Assembly (NCBI GenBank): GCA_033344915.1
Contig: JAWPML010000001.1
Span: 3,032,369-3,096,368, forward strand
Reading direction: 5' to 3'
Source: Acidimicrobiales bacterium
GTDB lineage: Bacteria > Actinomycetota > Acidimicrobiia > Acidimicrobiales > Aldehydirespiratoraceae
DNA: 64,000 bases
Positions 17,923 through 27,900 of this stretch are shown piece after piece (the first letter of the stretch is position 1; the number at the start of each line of letters is the position of its first letter). The translations under genes were made by a program, and so were the position numbers. Under the pieces are notes generated by a model that was not told the DNA's origin, made no database searches, and worked only from the letters and a program-made list of their open reading frames with translations.

Positions 17923-19107
17923 ATGAACCCGGCGCGCGCGGCCATGCAATGGATCCAGGCGCACCCGCGGGTCGCCGACTGGTTGCTCGTCGCCCTGTTG
18001 ACCGCGATCACGATTCCCGTCGCGGTCTGGGCGGTGCCGGACGGCAACCAGCGCTCCCTCGGCCCGCTCGGCTGGGTTCTCGTGCTCGCCATGAACGTGC
18101 CGGTCGCCTGGCGTCGCACCGCACCCATCGCGGCGCTGTGGGCCACGGCCGCGCTCACGGCGCCCTACTGGGTCCTCGACTACCCCGACGACGCGACCGG
18201 CCCCGCCCTGATCATCCTCGTCTACAGCATCGCGGCGCACGGACGCCGGCCCCAGGCGGTCCGCCACTTCTGGGCCGCCTTCCTCCTGCTCACCTCGGTG
18301 ATGATCGCCGGCGTGATCTCCGACCAGGACGACGTGCCGTGGGTCGCGGTGCCGGCGAACGTGATCATCTTCGGCACCGCGTGGATTCTCGGCGACAACC
18401 TGCGCACGCGGCGCCAGTACCTCGCCGAACTCGAGGAGAAGGCCGCGCGCTCCGAGGAGCAACAGGCCGCGGAGGCCGAGCGGGCCGTCGCCGAGGAACG
18501 CACCCGCATCGCCCGTGAACTCCATGACGTCGTCGCCCACTCGATGAGCGTGATGGTGGTGCAGGCGGGCGCGGCGCGGCGGGTCATCGACCAGAACCCG
18601 GTGCAGGCCGGCACCGCGCTCGCGGCGATCGAGGAGACCGGCCGCGAGTCGCTCACCGAGATGCGGCGGGTCCTCGGTGTCCTGCGCGGCGAGGGCGATA
18701 CCGCCGAGCTCGCCCCGGCGCCCGGCCTCGCCGACTTCGATCGGCTGCTGCACCACTGCGAGGAGGCGGGCATGCCCGTCGAACTGATCGTCACCGGCGA
18801 CGTCCGCCGTCTCTCCCCCGGCTTGGAGATGAACGCCTACCGGGTCGTACAGGAGTCGCTCACCAATGCCCTCAAGCATGCGGGACGAGCCTCCGCGACG
18901 GTCACGCTCCACTACGCATCGGACACCCTGCACGTGTCCGTGCACGACGACGGACGAGGTGCCGCCGCGATCACGGCGGGCGCCGGCCAGGGCATCGTCG
19001 GCATGCGGGAGCGGGTCGAGGCCTACGACGGCACCCTCGCCGCGGCGCCGCGTCCGGGCGGCGGGTTCGCGGTCGAGGCGACGTTCATGATCGGGGACGA
19101 GCGATGA
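17923..19107 (+). CDS. Sensor histidine kinase, NarL/DesK type (HisKA_3)
   Basis: Trimmed from ORF 17254..19107, whose 5' part is antisense to the cyclase gene. The ATG at 17923 is preferred; 17884 is possible. About five TM helices, H-box RELHDVVAHSMSVMVVQ, and ATPase motifs NALKHA and GQGIVGMRERV. Confidence 0.8.
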   Translation: MNPARAAMQWIQAHPRVADWLLVALLTAITIPVAVWAVPDGNQRSLGPLGWVLVLAMNVPVAWRRTAPIAALWATAALTAPYWVLDYPDDATGPALIILVYSIAAHGRRPQAVRHFWAAFLLLTSVMIAGVISDQDDVPWVAVPANVIIFGTAWILGDNLRTRRQYLAELEEKAARSEEQQAAEAERAVAEERTRIARELHDVVAHSMSVMVVQAGAARRVIDQNPVQAGTALAAIEETGRESLTEMRRVLGVLRGEGDTAELAPAPGLADFDRLLHHCEEAGMPVELIVTGDVRRLSPGLEMNAYRVVQESLTNALKHAGRASATVTLHYASDTLHVSVHDDGRGAAAITAGAGQGIVGMRERVEAYDGTLAAAPRPGGGFAVEATFMIGDER

Positions 19108-19769
19108 GTGACACCCTGCGGGTCGTCGTGGTGGACGACCAGGCGCTCATGCGGACCGGTTTCCGGATGATCCTCGAGTCCGCCGACATCGCGGTGGTCG
19201 GCGAGGCCGAGAACGGCCTCGAGGCCATCGACGTGGTCGGGCGGGAGCGGCCCGACGTCGTCCTCATGGACATCCGCATGCCCGAACTCGACGGCGTGGA
19301 GGCCACCCGGCGCATCATCGCCACCCAGCCCGCCACCCGCGTCCTCATCCTCACCACGTTCGATCTCGACGAATACGTCTACGACGCGTTGCGCGCCGGC
19401 GCCGCCGGATTCCTGCTGAAGGACACGCCGCCCGAGCGGCTCATCGATGCCGTCCACGTCGTGGCGACCGGCGAAGCGCTGCTCGCGCCGAGCGTCACGA
19501 GGCGACTGGTCGAGCAGTTCACCGCGGCGGCGCCGGCCACGCCGGTCCCGGCCCCCGGCCTCGACCAGCTCACGGAGCGCGAGACGGAGGTGCTCCAGGC
19601 GATGGCCCGCGGGCTGTCGAACGCGGAGATCGCCGAGGCCCTCTTCGTGGGCGAGACCACGGTCAAGACCCATGTCGGCCGGGTGCTCATGAAACTCGGC
19701 GTACGCGACCGCGTGCAGGCCGTCGTCGTGGCGTACGAGTCCGGCATCGTGCGTCCCGGCCAGGGTTGA
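19104..19769 (+). CDS. NarL/LuxR-family response regulator
   Basis: ATGA overlap with the kinase. Receiver: VVVVDDQALMR...DVVLMDIRMPELDG. LuxR HTH: LTERETEVLQAMARGLSNAEIAEALFVGETTVKTHV. Confidence 0.9.
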   Translation: MSDTLRVVVVDDQALMRTGFRMILESADIAVVGEAENGLEAIDVVGRERPDVVLMDIRMPELDGVEATRRIIATQPATRVLILTTFDLDEYVYDALRAGAAGFLLKDTPPERLIDAVHVVATGEALLAPSVTRRLVEQFTAAAPATPVPAPGLDQLTERETEVLQAMARGLSNAEIAEALFVGETTVKTHVGRVLMKLGVRDRVQAVVVAYESGIVRPGQG

Positions 19770-19879
19770 CCCCGAGTCGATCCCTGAGTCGACCCTGAGG
19801 CCGAATCCTCCTTGCGGACGACCCGCAATCCACTTGCAGCCGGACGACGCAGGACGCTCTCATCCGTACGGTCGAAGAC

Positions 19880-20650
19880 ATGACAGTCCTCGATCTCCCA
19901 ATCGACACATCCATCCACCCCCACACGAACATCGCGGCCAGCGCGGTCGGTGTCTCGAAGACCTACGGGTCCGGCGACACGACGGTGCGAGCACTCGACG
20001 ATGTCGACGTCGACTTCGTGACGGGCCACTTCACCGCGATCATGGGGCCATCGGGCTCCGGCAAGTCGACGCTCATGCACTGCCTCGCCGGGCTCGACAC
20101 GGTCAGCGCCGGCCAGGTCTTCATCGGCGACACGGACCTCTCGTCGCTGTCCGAGCGCGAGCTCACGCTCCTGCGCCGTGACCGAATCGGGTTCATCTTC
20201 CAGGCGTTCAACCTCGTGCCGACGCTGTCGGCCATGGAGAACATCACCCTGCCGATGGACCTCGCCGGGACGGAGCCGGACGCCGACTGGCTCGCCCAGG
20301 TCATCGAGACCGTCGGGCTCGCCGACCGGACCAGCCATCGTCCGAACGAACTCTCCGGTGGTCAGCAGCAGCGCGTCGCCGTCAGCCGGGCGCTGGCGAG
20401 CCGGCCGCAGATCATCTTCGCCGACGAACCGACCGGCAACCTCGACTCCACGACCGGCGCCGAGATCCTCGACTTCATGCGTCGGGCCGTGCGCGAGCTC
20501 GGCCAGACGATCGTGATGGTCACCCACGACCCGGTCGCCGCGTCCTACGCCGACCGCGTCGTGTTCCTGGCCGACGGCAAGATCGTCGACGAGATCCACG
20601 CCCCCACCCCGGAGACCGTGCTCGACAGCATGAAGGCGCTGGGGAACTGA
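19880..20650 (+). CDS. ABC transporter ATP-binding protein (MacB/LolD-type)
   Basis: Walker [10 protein letters not shown], signature [15 protein letters not shown], Walker [13 protein letters not shown]. Confidence 0.9.
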   Translation: MTVLDLPIDTSIHPHTNIAASAVGVSKTYGSGDTTVRALDDVDVDFVTGHFTAIMGPSGSGKSTLMHCLAGLDTVSAGQVFIGDTDLSSLSERELTLLRRDRIGFIFQAFNLVPTLSAMENITLPMDLAGTEPDADWLAQVIETVGLADRTSHRPNELSGGQQQRVAVSRALASRPQIIFADEPTGNLDSTTGAEILDFMRRAVRELGQTIVMVTHDPVAASYADRVVFLADGKIVDEIHAPTPETVLDSMKALGN

Positions 20651-20653
20651 CCG

Positions 20654-23200
20654 ATGCTGCGACTCACCCTCCGCAACCTCGCGGCCCACAAGGCCCGGTT
20701 CGCCATGACCACCTTCGCGGTGGTCCTCGGCGTCGGCTTCGTCGTCTCCAGCTTCGTCATGAGCGACGGCCTCCGGTCGACGTTCGACGACCTGTCCGAG
20801 GACATCACGAGCGGCACCGACCTGCTCGTCCGCCCCACGAGCGAGTTCGGCGATCCGATGCCACTCGACGAATCGCTGGTCGAACAGGTCATCGCGATCG
20901 ACGGTGTCGAGAACGCCGTCGCCTACATCGAGAGCGACCAGAACGAGATCCAGCCGATCAAGGCGGACGGCTCGACCATCACCACCTCGGGTCCTCCGCA
21001 GATCACGTTCGCGTGGATGGATGACGCCTCGATCGGCACGTTCACGATCGTCGAGGGCCGTGCCCCGCTCGGTCCGGACGAGTTCTCGATGGATCTCGAC
21101 GCCGCAGCGCGCCACGACTTCGTCGTCGGTGAGACCTACGACATCATCACGCCGTCCGGCGTGTGGGAGGACGTGGAGCTCACGGCCACCACCCGCTTCG
21201 GCGAGGACAACACCACGGTCGGCGCCACGTTGATGCACGTTTCGATCGACGAGGCCCAACGGCTCTTCGGCGAGCCCGGCGCCATCGACGAGGTGCCTCT
21301 CAGCCTCGAGCCCGGCGCCGATGCCGACGCCGTCATGGCCGACATCCAGGCGCTGCTCGGCGCCACGTCGGCCGAAATCGTCGACCAGGCCACCGTCACC
21401 GCCGAGCAGCAGGCCGAGTTCGACGAGGGCGTCACGATCATCGGCAACGTGCTGCTCGGGTTCGCGATCATCTCCCTGTTCGTCTCGATCTTCATCATCT
21501 ACAACACGTTCGCGATCGTGCTGGGCCAACGGGTCCGGGAGATGGGCCTGCTCCGGGCGATCGGCGCCGACGCGGCCCAGCTGCGCCGGTCCGTCCTCGG
21601 CGAAGCGATCATCGTCGGCCTCGTCGCGAGCCTCATCGGCCTCGTGGCCGGCGTCGGCATCGCCGCCCTGCTCAACGCGCTCTTCGAAGTCCTCGGCGCC
21701 CAGCTCCCGGCCTACCCCACGATCCTCGCCACCCGCACGATCGTGTTCGCACTCGTCCTCGGCGTCGGCGTCACCCTCGTCTCGTCGATCGCCCCCGCGC
21801 GCGCCGCGGCCTCGGTCTCCCCCATCGAGGCGCTGCGCGACGGTGGAACGGTCACGCCCGAGGACGGGCGCAGGCGCCTGACGCTCGGCGGCACCACCCT
21901 CGCCGCCGGGCTCGCCCTCGGCGCCTTCGGCCTCTTCGGTCCGAGCCTGTCGACGATCGGGTTGATCCTCACCCTCGGCCTCGCCGCGGTGATGGTCTTC
22001 CTCGGGCTGACCCTCGCCAGCCCGGTCGTCGCCCGTCCGCTCACGGGCGTACTCGGCTGGCCGCTCTCGAAGGTCATGGGCTCGGCGGGTGCGCTGGCCC
22101 GGGGCAACGCGAGTCGCAACCCGCGCCGCACGGCCACCACCGCCGCCGCGCTCATGATCGGGTTGTCGCTCGTCACCATGGGTTATGTGGTGGGCGAGTC
22201 CGTGAAGACGAGTCTCGGCAACCTGATCGCCCGGTCGGTCACCGCCGACTATGTGATCGCCGGCAACGAGGACAACTCGGGGATCTCCCCCGCACTGGCC
22301 GACGAGCTCGCCGCCACCGGCCGGTTCTCCGCCGTCACCGGCATGCGCTACGACGAGGCTCGACTCGGACCCGACGTGCGGGAGGTGACGGCGCTCGACC
22401 TCGGCACGATCGACGAGCTGTTCGACATCGATCTGCAGGCCGGGACGATCCCCGACAGCGACGCGACGGACGTGATCCTGCTCCACGACGAGCTCGCGGC
22501 CGATCTCGGCGTCGGCGTGGGCGACACGGTGCCGATCGAGTTCGCCGCCGGGACGACGACGGATCTCGAGGTCCGCGGCATCTACGCCGACAAGACGATC
22601 TTCGAGGACCCGCTCGTGCCGGACCAAGTGTTCGACGACGGCCTCGCCGCCACGACGGACGAATGGATCGCGGCGTCGCTGCCAGACGGCGTGTCGACGG
22701 CCGACGTCGCCCCCCTCCTCGCGCAGCTGCAGGCGACCTACCCGCAGGTCGACATCTCGACGACCTCGGAGTTCCAGCAGTCGTTCGAGGACACGATCGA
22801 CTCGTCCCTGCTCGTGGTGAACGCCCTGTTGGCGCTGGCGATCGTGATCGCCCTCATCGGCATCGCCAACACCCTGGCGCTGTCGGTCCACGAGCGCACC
22901 CGGGAGATCGGTCTCCTGCGGGCGGTCGGCATGACCCGGCGCCAGACGAGGCGGATGATCCGCTGGGAGGCCGTGCTGGTCGCCCTCTTCGGCGCCGTCC
23001 TCGGCGTCGGCGCCGGGACGGTCTTCGGGTGGGGCGTCGTGCAGGCGCTGCCCCAGGACAGCTTCGGCGGATCGCTCACCATCCCGGTCGCGCCGATCAT
23101 CCAGGTCGTCGTGCTCGCCGCCCTCGCCACGCTGGTCGCCGCATGGCTACCGGCCCGACGCGCCGGCAAGCTCGACGTCCTCGATGCCATCAGCCACTGA
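20654..23200 (+). CDS. ABC transporter permease with two FtsX modules (MacB-like extracytoplasmic domains)
   Basis: 848 aa with two repeats of TM - large extracytoplasmic domain - FtsX helices (GLLRAIGADAAQLRRSVLGEA and GLLRAVGMTRRQTRRMIRWEA). Confidence 0.9.
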   Translation: MLRLTLRNLAAHKARFAMTTFAVVLGVGFVVSSFVMSDGLRSTFDDLSEDITSGTDLLVRPTSEFGDPMPLDESLVEQVIAIDGVENAVAYIESDQNEIQPIKADGSTITTSGPPQITFAWMDDASIGTFTIVEGRAPLGPDEFSMDLDAAARHDFVVGETYDIITPSGVWEDVELTATTRFGEDNTTVGATLMHVSIDEAQRLFGEPGAIDEVPLSLEPGADADAVMADIQALLGATSAEIVDQATVTAEQQAEFDEGVTIIGNVLLGFAIISLFVSIFIIYNTFAIVLGQRVREMGLLRAIGADAAQLRRSVLGEAIIVGLVASLIGLVAGVGIAALLNALFEVLGAQLPAYPTILATRTIVFALVLGVGVTLVSSIAPARAAASVSPIEALRDGGTVTPEDGRRRLTLGGTTLAAGLALGAFGLFGPSLSTIGLILTLGLAAVMVFLGLTLASPVVARPLTGVLGWPLSKVMGSAGALARGNASRNPRRTATTAAALMIGLSLVTMGYVVGESVKTSLGNLIARSVTADYVIAGNEDNSGISPALADELAATGRFSAVTGMRYDEARLGPDVREVTALDLGTIDELFDIDLQAGTIPDSDATDVILLHDELAADLGVGVGDTVPIEFAAGTTTDLEVRGIYADKTIFEDPLVPDQVFDDGLAATTDEWIAASLPDGVSTADVAPLLAQLQATYPQVDISTTSEFQQSFEDTIDSSLLVVNALLALAIVIALIGIANTLALSVHERTREIGLLRAVGMTRRQTRRMIRWEAVLVALFGAVLGVGAGTVFGWGVVQALPQDSFGGSLTIPVAPIIQVVVLAALATLVAAWLPARRAGKLDVLDAISH

Positions 23201-23208
23201 GACGAAGC

Positions 23209-23263
23209 AGGTGAAGCGGGGGTCAGACCCCGCTTCACCTGGGGTCTGACCCCCGCTTCACCT
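23209..23263. repeat. Palindromic copy pair of the dispersed element (forward 23209-23231, inverted 23241-23263); possible bidirectional terminator
   Basis: AGGTGAAGCGGGGGTCAGACCCC gcttcacct GGGGTCTGACCCCCGCTTCACCT. It can fold as a 13-bp hairpin (23209-23240) or a 23-bp hairpin with a 9-nt loop. It sits between convergent genes, and its last 3 nt are the stop of the PhyH gene. Confidence 0.6.
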
Positions 23264-24108
23264 CAGGCGTCGTAGAAGCCCGGCGGGTGGAGGCCGACGA
23301 GGCGACGTTCCCGGTCGGTCTTCGCTCGCCGGACCGCGGCATAGCGGAGATGGTTGACGTGTTCGGTGAGCTCGATCCGCTGGGCGAGGTCCCGCCGGCC
23401 GTAGTGGACCTGCAGGAAGAACCGGCCGGTGTCACCGCTCGGGATCGGGGGCAGGCGGCGGTGCCACGTGTCCGACACGAACATCGCCACGTCGCCCGCC
23501 TCGCCGGTGAGCGGCACCGGACCCCGGTTCTCGTAGAGCACCCCGAGGCGGCTCACGGGCCGCAACGGCGGCGCCTGCCCGGATCGATGGCTCCCCGCCA
23601 GCACGCCGGTCGGCCCGCACGCGAGCGGACAGTCCTGCAGCAGGATGTGGACGCCGATCGCGAACACCGGATACGGAATGCGGTCGTCCCACGGCACGCC
23701 GGGCGCCCGGGGCACGTGGGGCCCGGCGTCGCAGTGCCACGCACCCCCGTCGACGGCCCGCGGATCGTGGGGCTGGTTGCGCCAGCTGGTGTTCGCGATG
23801 ACATGGCAGTCCTCGCCGAGCAGTGGCTCGATCACGTCGAGGATGCCCCGATGCCCAGCCGCCTCCTGCGCGGCGGCGCTCTTGTTCAGCATGCCGTGGC
23901 GGAAGTCCGCGTAGTCCGCGGCCGTTCGTCCCCGGACCCGGACCGGCGGCCGTTCGGTGGCGAAGACCGCTTCGATCTCACGACGCAGCCGGGCGATCTC
24001 GGCACCGGTGAACACCGCCCGCAGCACGGCGTACCCCTCGCGTTCGAGCTGGTGCGACGCCTCCGGCCCGTCGTCGCGGAGGAACAGGTATCCCGCTCGC
24101 GTCAGCAC
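23263..24108 (-). CDS. Phytanoyl-CoA dioxygenase (PhyH) family Fe(II)/2-oxoglutarate oxygenase
   Basis: 281 aa. GYAVLRAVFTGAEIARLRREIE, WHCDAG (H-x-D), GPTGVLAGSHR and the overall length fit the PhyH family. Confidence 0.75.
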   Translation of the reverse strand: MLTRAGYLFLRDDGPEASHQLEREGYAVLRAVFTGAEIARLRREIEAVFATERPPVRVRGRTAADYADFRHGMLNKSAAAQEAAGHRGILDVIEPLLGEDCHVIANTSWRNQPHDPRAVDGGAWHCDAGPHVPRAPGVPWDDRIPYPVFAIGVHILLQDCPLACGPTGVLAGSHRSGQAPPLRPVSRLGVLYENRGPVPLTGEAGDVAMFVSDTWHRRLPPIPSGDTGRFFLQVHYGRRDLAQRIELTEHVNHLRYAAVRRAKTDRERRLVGLHPPGFYDA

Positions 24109-24212
24109 AGGGCGATGCTAGGTGACGACGTGACCACAGACCATCGCCGAAGTCGCCACGCTGTCGCACCCGCTGCGTAAGGTTTGACGGTCCATCCCCC
24201 ACTGGAGTTCGC

Positions 24213-24956
24213 ATGACGCAAGCCACTGTCACCGCCGGCACGGCGGCCCGCGCCGTCGGCGCCACCAAGATCTACGGCGAGGGCGACACCGAGGTGCGCG
24301 CCCTCGACGGTGTCGACGTCGAGTTCGAGCGGGCGAAGTTCACCGCGATCATGGGGCCGTCCGGCTCGGGCAAGTCCACCCTGATGCACTGTCAGGCGGG
24401 GCTCGACACGCTCACCGCCGGCCAGGTCTTCATCGGCGACACCGACCTGTCGTCGCTCGCCGAGCGCGACCTCACCCTCCTGCGGCGGGACAACGTCGGC
24501 TTCGTCTTCCAGGCGTTCAACCTCGTGCCCACCCTCTCCGCGCTCGAGAACATCACCCTCCCGATGGACCTCGCCGGCACCACCCCCGACCCGGCGTGGC
24601 TCGAGGAGGTCATCCGCACCGTCGGGCTCGCGGATCGCGTCGATCACCGGCCCAACGAGCTGTCGGGCGGCCAGCAGCAGCGCGTCGCCGTCAGCCGCGC
24701 GCTGGCGAGCCGGCCGCAGATCATCTTCGCGGACGAGCCGACCGGCAACCTCGACTCGACCACCGGCAACGAGATCCTCGACTTCATGAGGAAGGCGGTC
24801 GACCAGCTCGACCAGACCATCGTCATGGTCACCCACGATCCGGTCGCCGCGGCCTACGCCGACCGGGTCGTCTTCCTGGCCGACGGCAAGATCGTCGACG
24901 AGATGATCGACCCCGACGCCGAGCAGGTCATCGACCAGATGAAGCGACTGCGCTGA
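24213..24956 (+). CDS. ABC transporter ATP-binding protein (MacB/LolD-type), close paralogue of 19880..20650
   Basis: Same Walker A, signature and Walker B strings. By-eye alignment of the core shows about 23 differences over about 186 residues. RBS GGAG lies upstream. Confidence 0.9.
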   Translation: MTQATVTAGTAARAVGATKIYGEGDTEVRALDGVDVEFERAKFTAIMGPSGSGKSTLMHCQAGLDTLTAGQVFIGDTDLSSLAERDLTLLRRDNVGFVFQAFNLVPTLSALENITLPMDLAGTTPDPAWLEEVIRTVGLADRVDHRPNELSGGQQQRVAVSRALASRPQIIFADEPTGNLDSTTGNEILDFMRKAVDQLDQTIVMVTHDPVAAAYADRVVFLADGKIVDEMIDPDAEQVIDQMKRLR

Positions 24957-27900
24957 TGATCTGGAAGCTCATCCGGCGCAACGTGGCGGGGAAGCCCTTC
25001 CGCTTCCTCCTCACCTGCTCCGCGGTCACCGTCGGCGTGATGTTCACCGTCGGTGTCTTCGTCTTCACCGATGCGCAGCGTTCCCAGTTCGCGGCCCTCG
25101 CCGAGGACATCGAGGGAGGGACGGACTACGCCGTCCGTACGTCGATCGAGTTCGGCGACGACACGTTGCGACCGCCCTTCGATCTCGCCGTGAGCGATCA
25201 GATCGCCGCCGTACCGGGCGTGACCAACGTCCAGCCCTACGTCCTCAAGTTCGACGTGATCCCCCGGATCGACGACGAACGGTTGATCGCCTCCTTCGGC
25301 GTGAACATCGGACTCAACTGGCCGACGGACTCGGCGACACCTCGCCTGTTCATCAGCGACGGCGAGCCCCCCGCCACCGGAACCGAGTTCGCGATCGACA
25401 GCCGCGCCGCGGAGGACTTCGGCTTCGAACTCGGCGGGACCTACACCATCGACACGCCGACCGGGCCGGGCGACTTCGTCCTCGTCGGGATCTTCCATTT
25501 CGCGGATCCCGAAGTGAGCCAGCTGTTCGGCGACACGATCCAGGTCGCCTTCGACACCGAGACGGCCGTCGAGGTCCTCAACGGCGGGGTCGGGATCGAT
25601 CGCGTCGAGTTCTCGACCACGGCCGACCTGACCGATGACGAATTGTTCGCCGCCCTCGAGCCGATTCTCCCACCGACGCTCGAGATCGTCACCGGCGAGC
25701 AGCTCGTCGAGGAGCAGGAGTCGGACTTCGGCGAGTTCGTCGACATCTTCCGGACGGTCCTGCTCGCGTTCGCGATCATCATCCTCGCGGTGTCGGCGTT
25801 CGTCATCTTCAACGTCTTCACCATTCTCATCGGTCAACGGGTCCGCGAGCTCGGTCTGCTGCGGGCCATCGGCGCCTCGGGCAACCAGGTCACGAAGGCA
25901 CTGCTCGGCGAGGCGCTGCTGGTCGGGGTGGCGTCCACGGCCATGGGCATCGTCCTCGGGATCGGGTTCGGGTGGTTCATGGGGTGGCTGCTCGGCACCC
26001 TGCAGTTCGGTCCGTCGACCAGCGAGTTGATCATCACCCGCACCGCGCTGATCTGGGGCGTGGCGGTCGGCGTGATCGTGACGATGGCGAGTGCGATCGT
26101 CCCCGCCCTGCGGGCCCGGCACCTGACACCGATGATGGCGCTGCGCGAGGACGGCCGCCTGCGCCAGATCGTCCCCGTGCGCAATCTCGCGATCGGCGTG
26201 CCCCTGGTGATCGGGGCCTGGGCGCTCTACGTCATCGGCATCGCGATCGGCGGCGACTCCGACTGGCCGGTCTGGATCGTGATCCCGTTGTTCGGCTTCG
26301 GCGCCGCGTTCGCGAACGCCTACGGCCTCCGTCGCATCGACGCCGCCGCGGGTCGATTCGCCATGCTCGGGTTCGGCGCCATCTCCATCGTGCTCACCGT
26401 GGTGCTGGATCTCGACGTCGGCGAACTCCTGCTCCTGCTGGCCGTCGCCGCGGTCACGCTCTTCCTCGGGGTCAACGCCATCAGTCCGCGGCTGGCGCGG
26501 CCCGTGAGCCACTTCCTCGGACGGTGGCCGCTCGCGATCCTGCTGCTCCTCGGCGGCATCGCGCTCACCCTCGCCGGGGTCGGCGCCCTGGTCGGCGCGG
26601 CCGTGCTCCTGGTCCAGCTCCTCGCCGATGTCTTCGGAAGCGGCGACGCCACCGCGATGGGCGCCCTGGCCGTCGTGCTCCTCGGCCTGTTCGGCGCTCT
26701 GATCGCGCGGGTGGGTTACCGCACGGTGGACGCCAGCCTCATCATGGGCTGGTCGTGGCCGGCCGGGCTCGGCGGCGTCATCGTCTTCGGCATCGGCGCG
26801 ATCGGTGTGATCAGTCTGGTGACCGGGGTCATCGGTGTCCTCACGTTCGACTTCGGCGCCGCCACGATCACCTCGCTCCTCGTCGGCGCGGTCGCCACGG
26901 TGCTCGCGGCGGTGGCCCGCAGGAAGCTGCCCACGACCATGAAGGCCAACGCCCGCATGGCCCGTGAGAACGCGGGCCGGAGCCCGCAGCGGACCGCGTC
27001 CGCGGCCGCGGCGCTGATGATCGGCCTCGCTCTCGTCACCACCGCCGCCGTCGTCACCGACTCGTTCAAGGCGACCTTCGCCGACGTGCTCGAAGAGCGC
27101 GTGATCTCGGACTTCTTCATCTCCCACGAGAACTTCGCCCCCAACACCTCGTTCAGTCGCGAGCTCGCCGGCGACCTGAACGACGTCGCCGAGGTGGAGT
27201 CCGCGATCAGTTTCCGATTCGCCTTCGAAGCCTTCCGATTCAGCGTCGACGGGTCGACGCGCGACGCCTCGGCGGTCGAGCTCGAGACCTCCCTCGACCA
27301 CTTCGACCCCGGATTCCTCGACCTCGATCCCTCGCTCGTCGGGCCCGGCTCGATCTGGATCCACGAGGACGTCGCCGCCGACACCGAACTGAGCGTCGGT
27401 GACGCCCTCGGGATCACCTTCAACGACGGGTCGATCGAGCAGGTGCGAGTGGCGGCGATCTACGAGGATCTGAGCATCTACGGCTCGGCGGTCGTGGACC
27501 TCAGCCTCTGGGAATCCCACTTCCCGACGGCCAACGACCAGTTCGTGAGCCTGCTCGTGGCCGACGGGGTCGACACCGAGGACGCCCGCGCCGCGATCGA
27601 GGCCGTGGCGGTCGACTACCCGGTCAACGTCGACACCCGCGACGAGTTCCAGGAGCGCCAGGAAGGGATCATCGACCAGTTCCTCCAGACCTTCACCGTG
27701 CTGCTCCTCGCCGCGATCCTCGTCGCCGTGCTCGGTATCTCGATCACCCTCGCGCTGTCCGTCTTCGAACGGACCCGCGAACTCGGCCTGGTCCGCGCCG
27801 TCGGCATGACCCGTCGCCAGATGATGCGCATGGTGCTCTTCGAGGGCGCGATCATCGCCGCGTTCGGCGGCTTTCTCGGCGTCGTCCTCGGCACGGTGTT

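Noticed and set aside
19379-22891. 1170-aa minus-strand ORF, one of the longest in the track
   Set aside because: It is antisense to a well-supported regulator, ABC ATPase and FtsX permease. Its translation is Arg/Gly/Asp/Glu/Pro-rich with no motifs, which is a typical high-GC shadow ORF.
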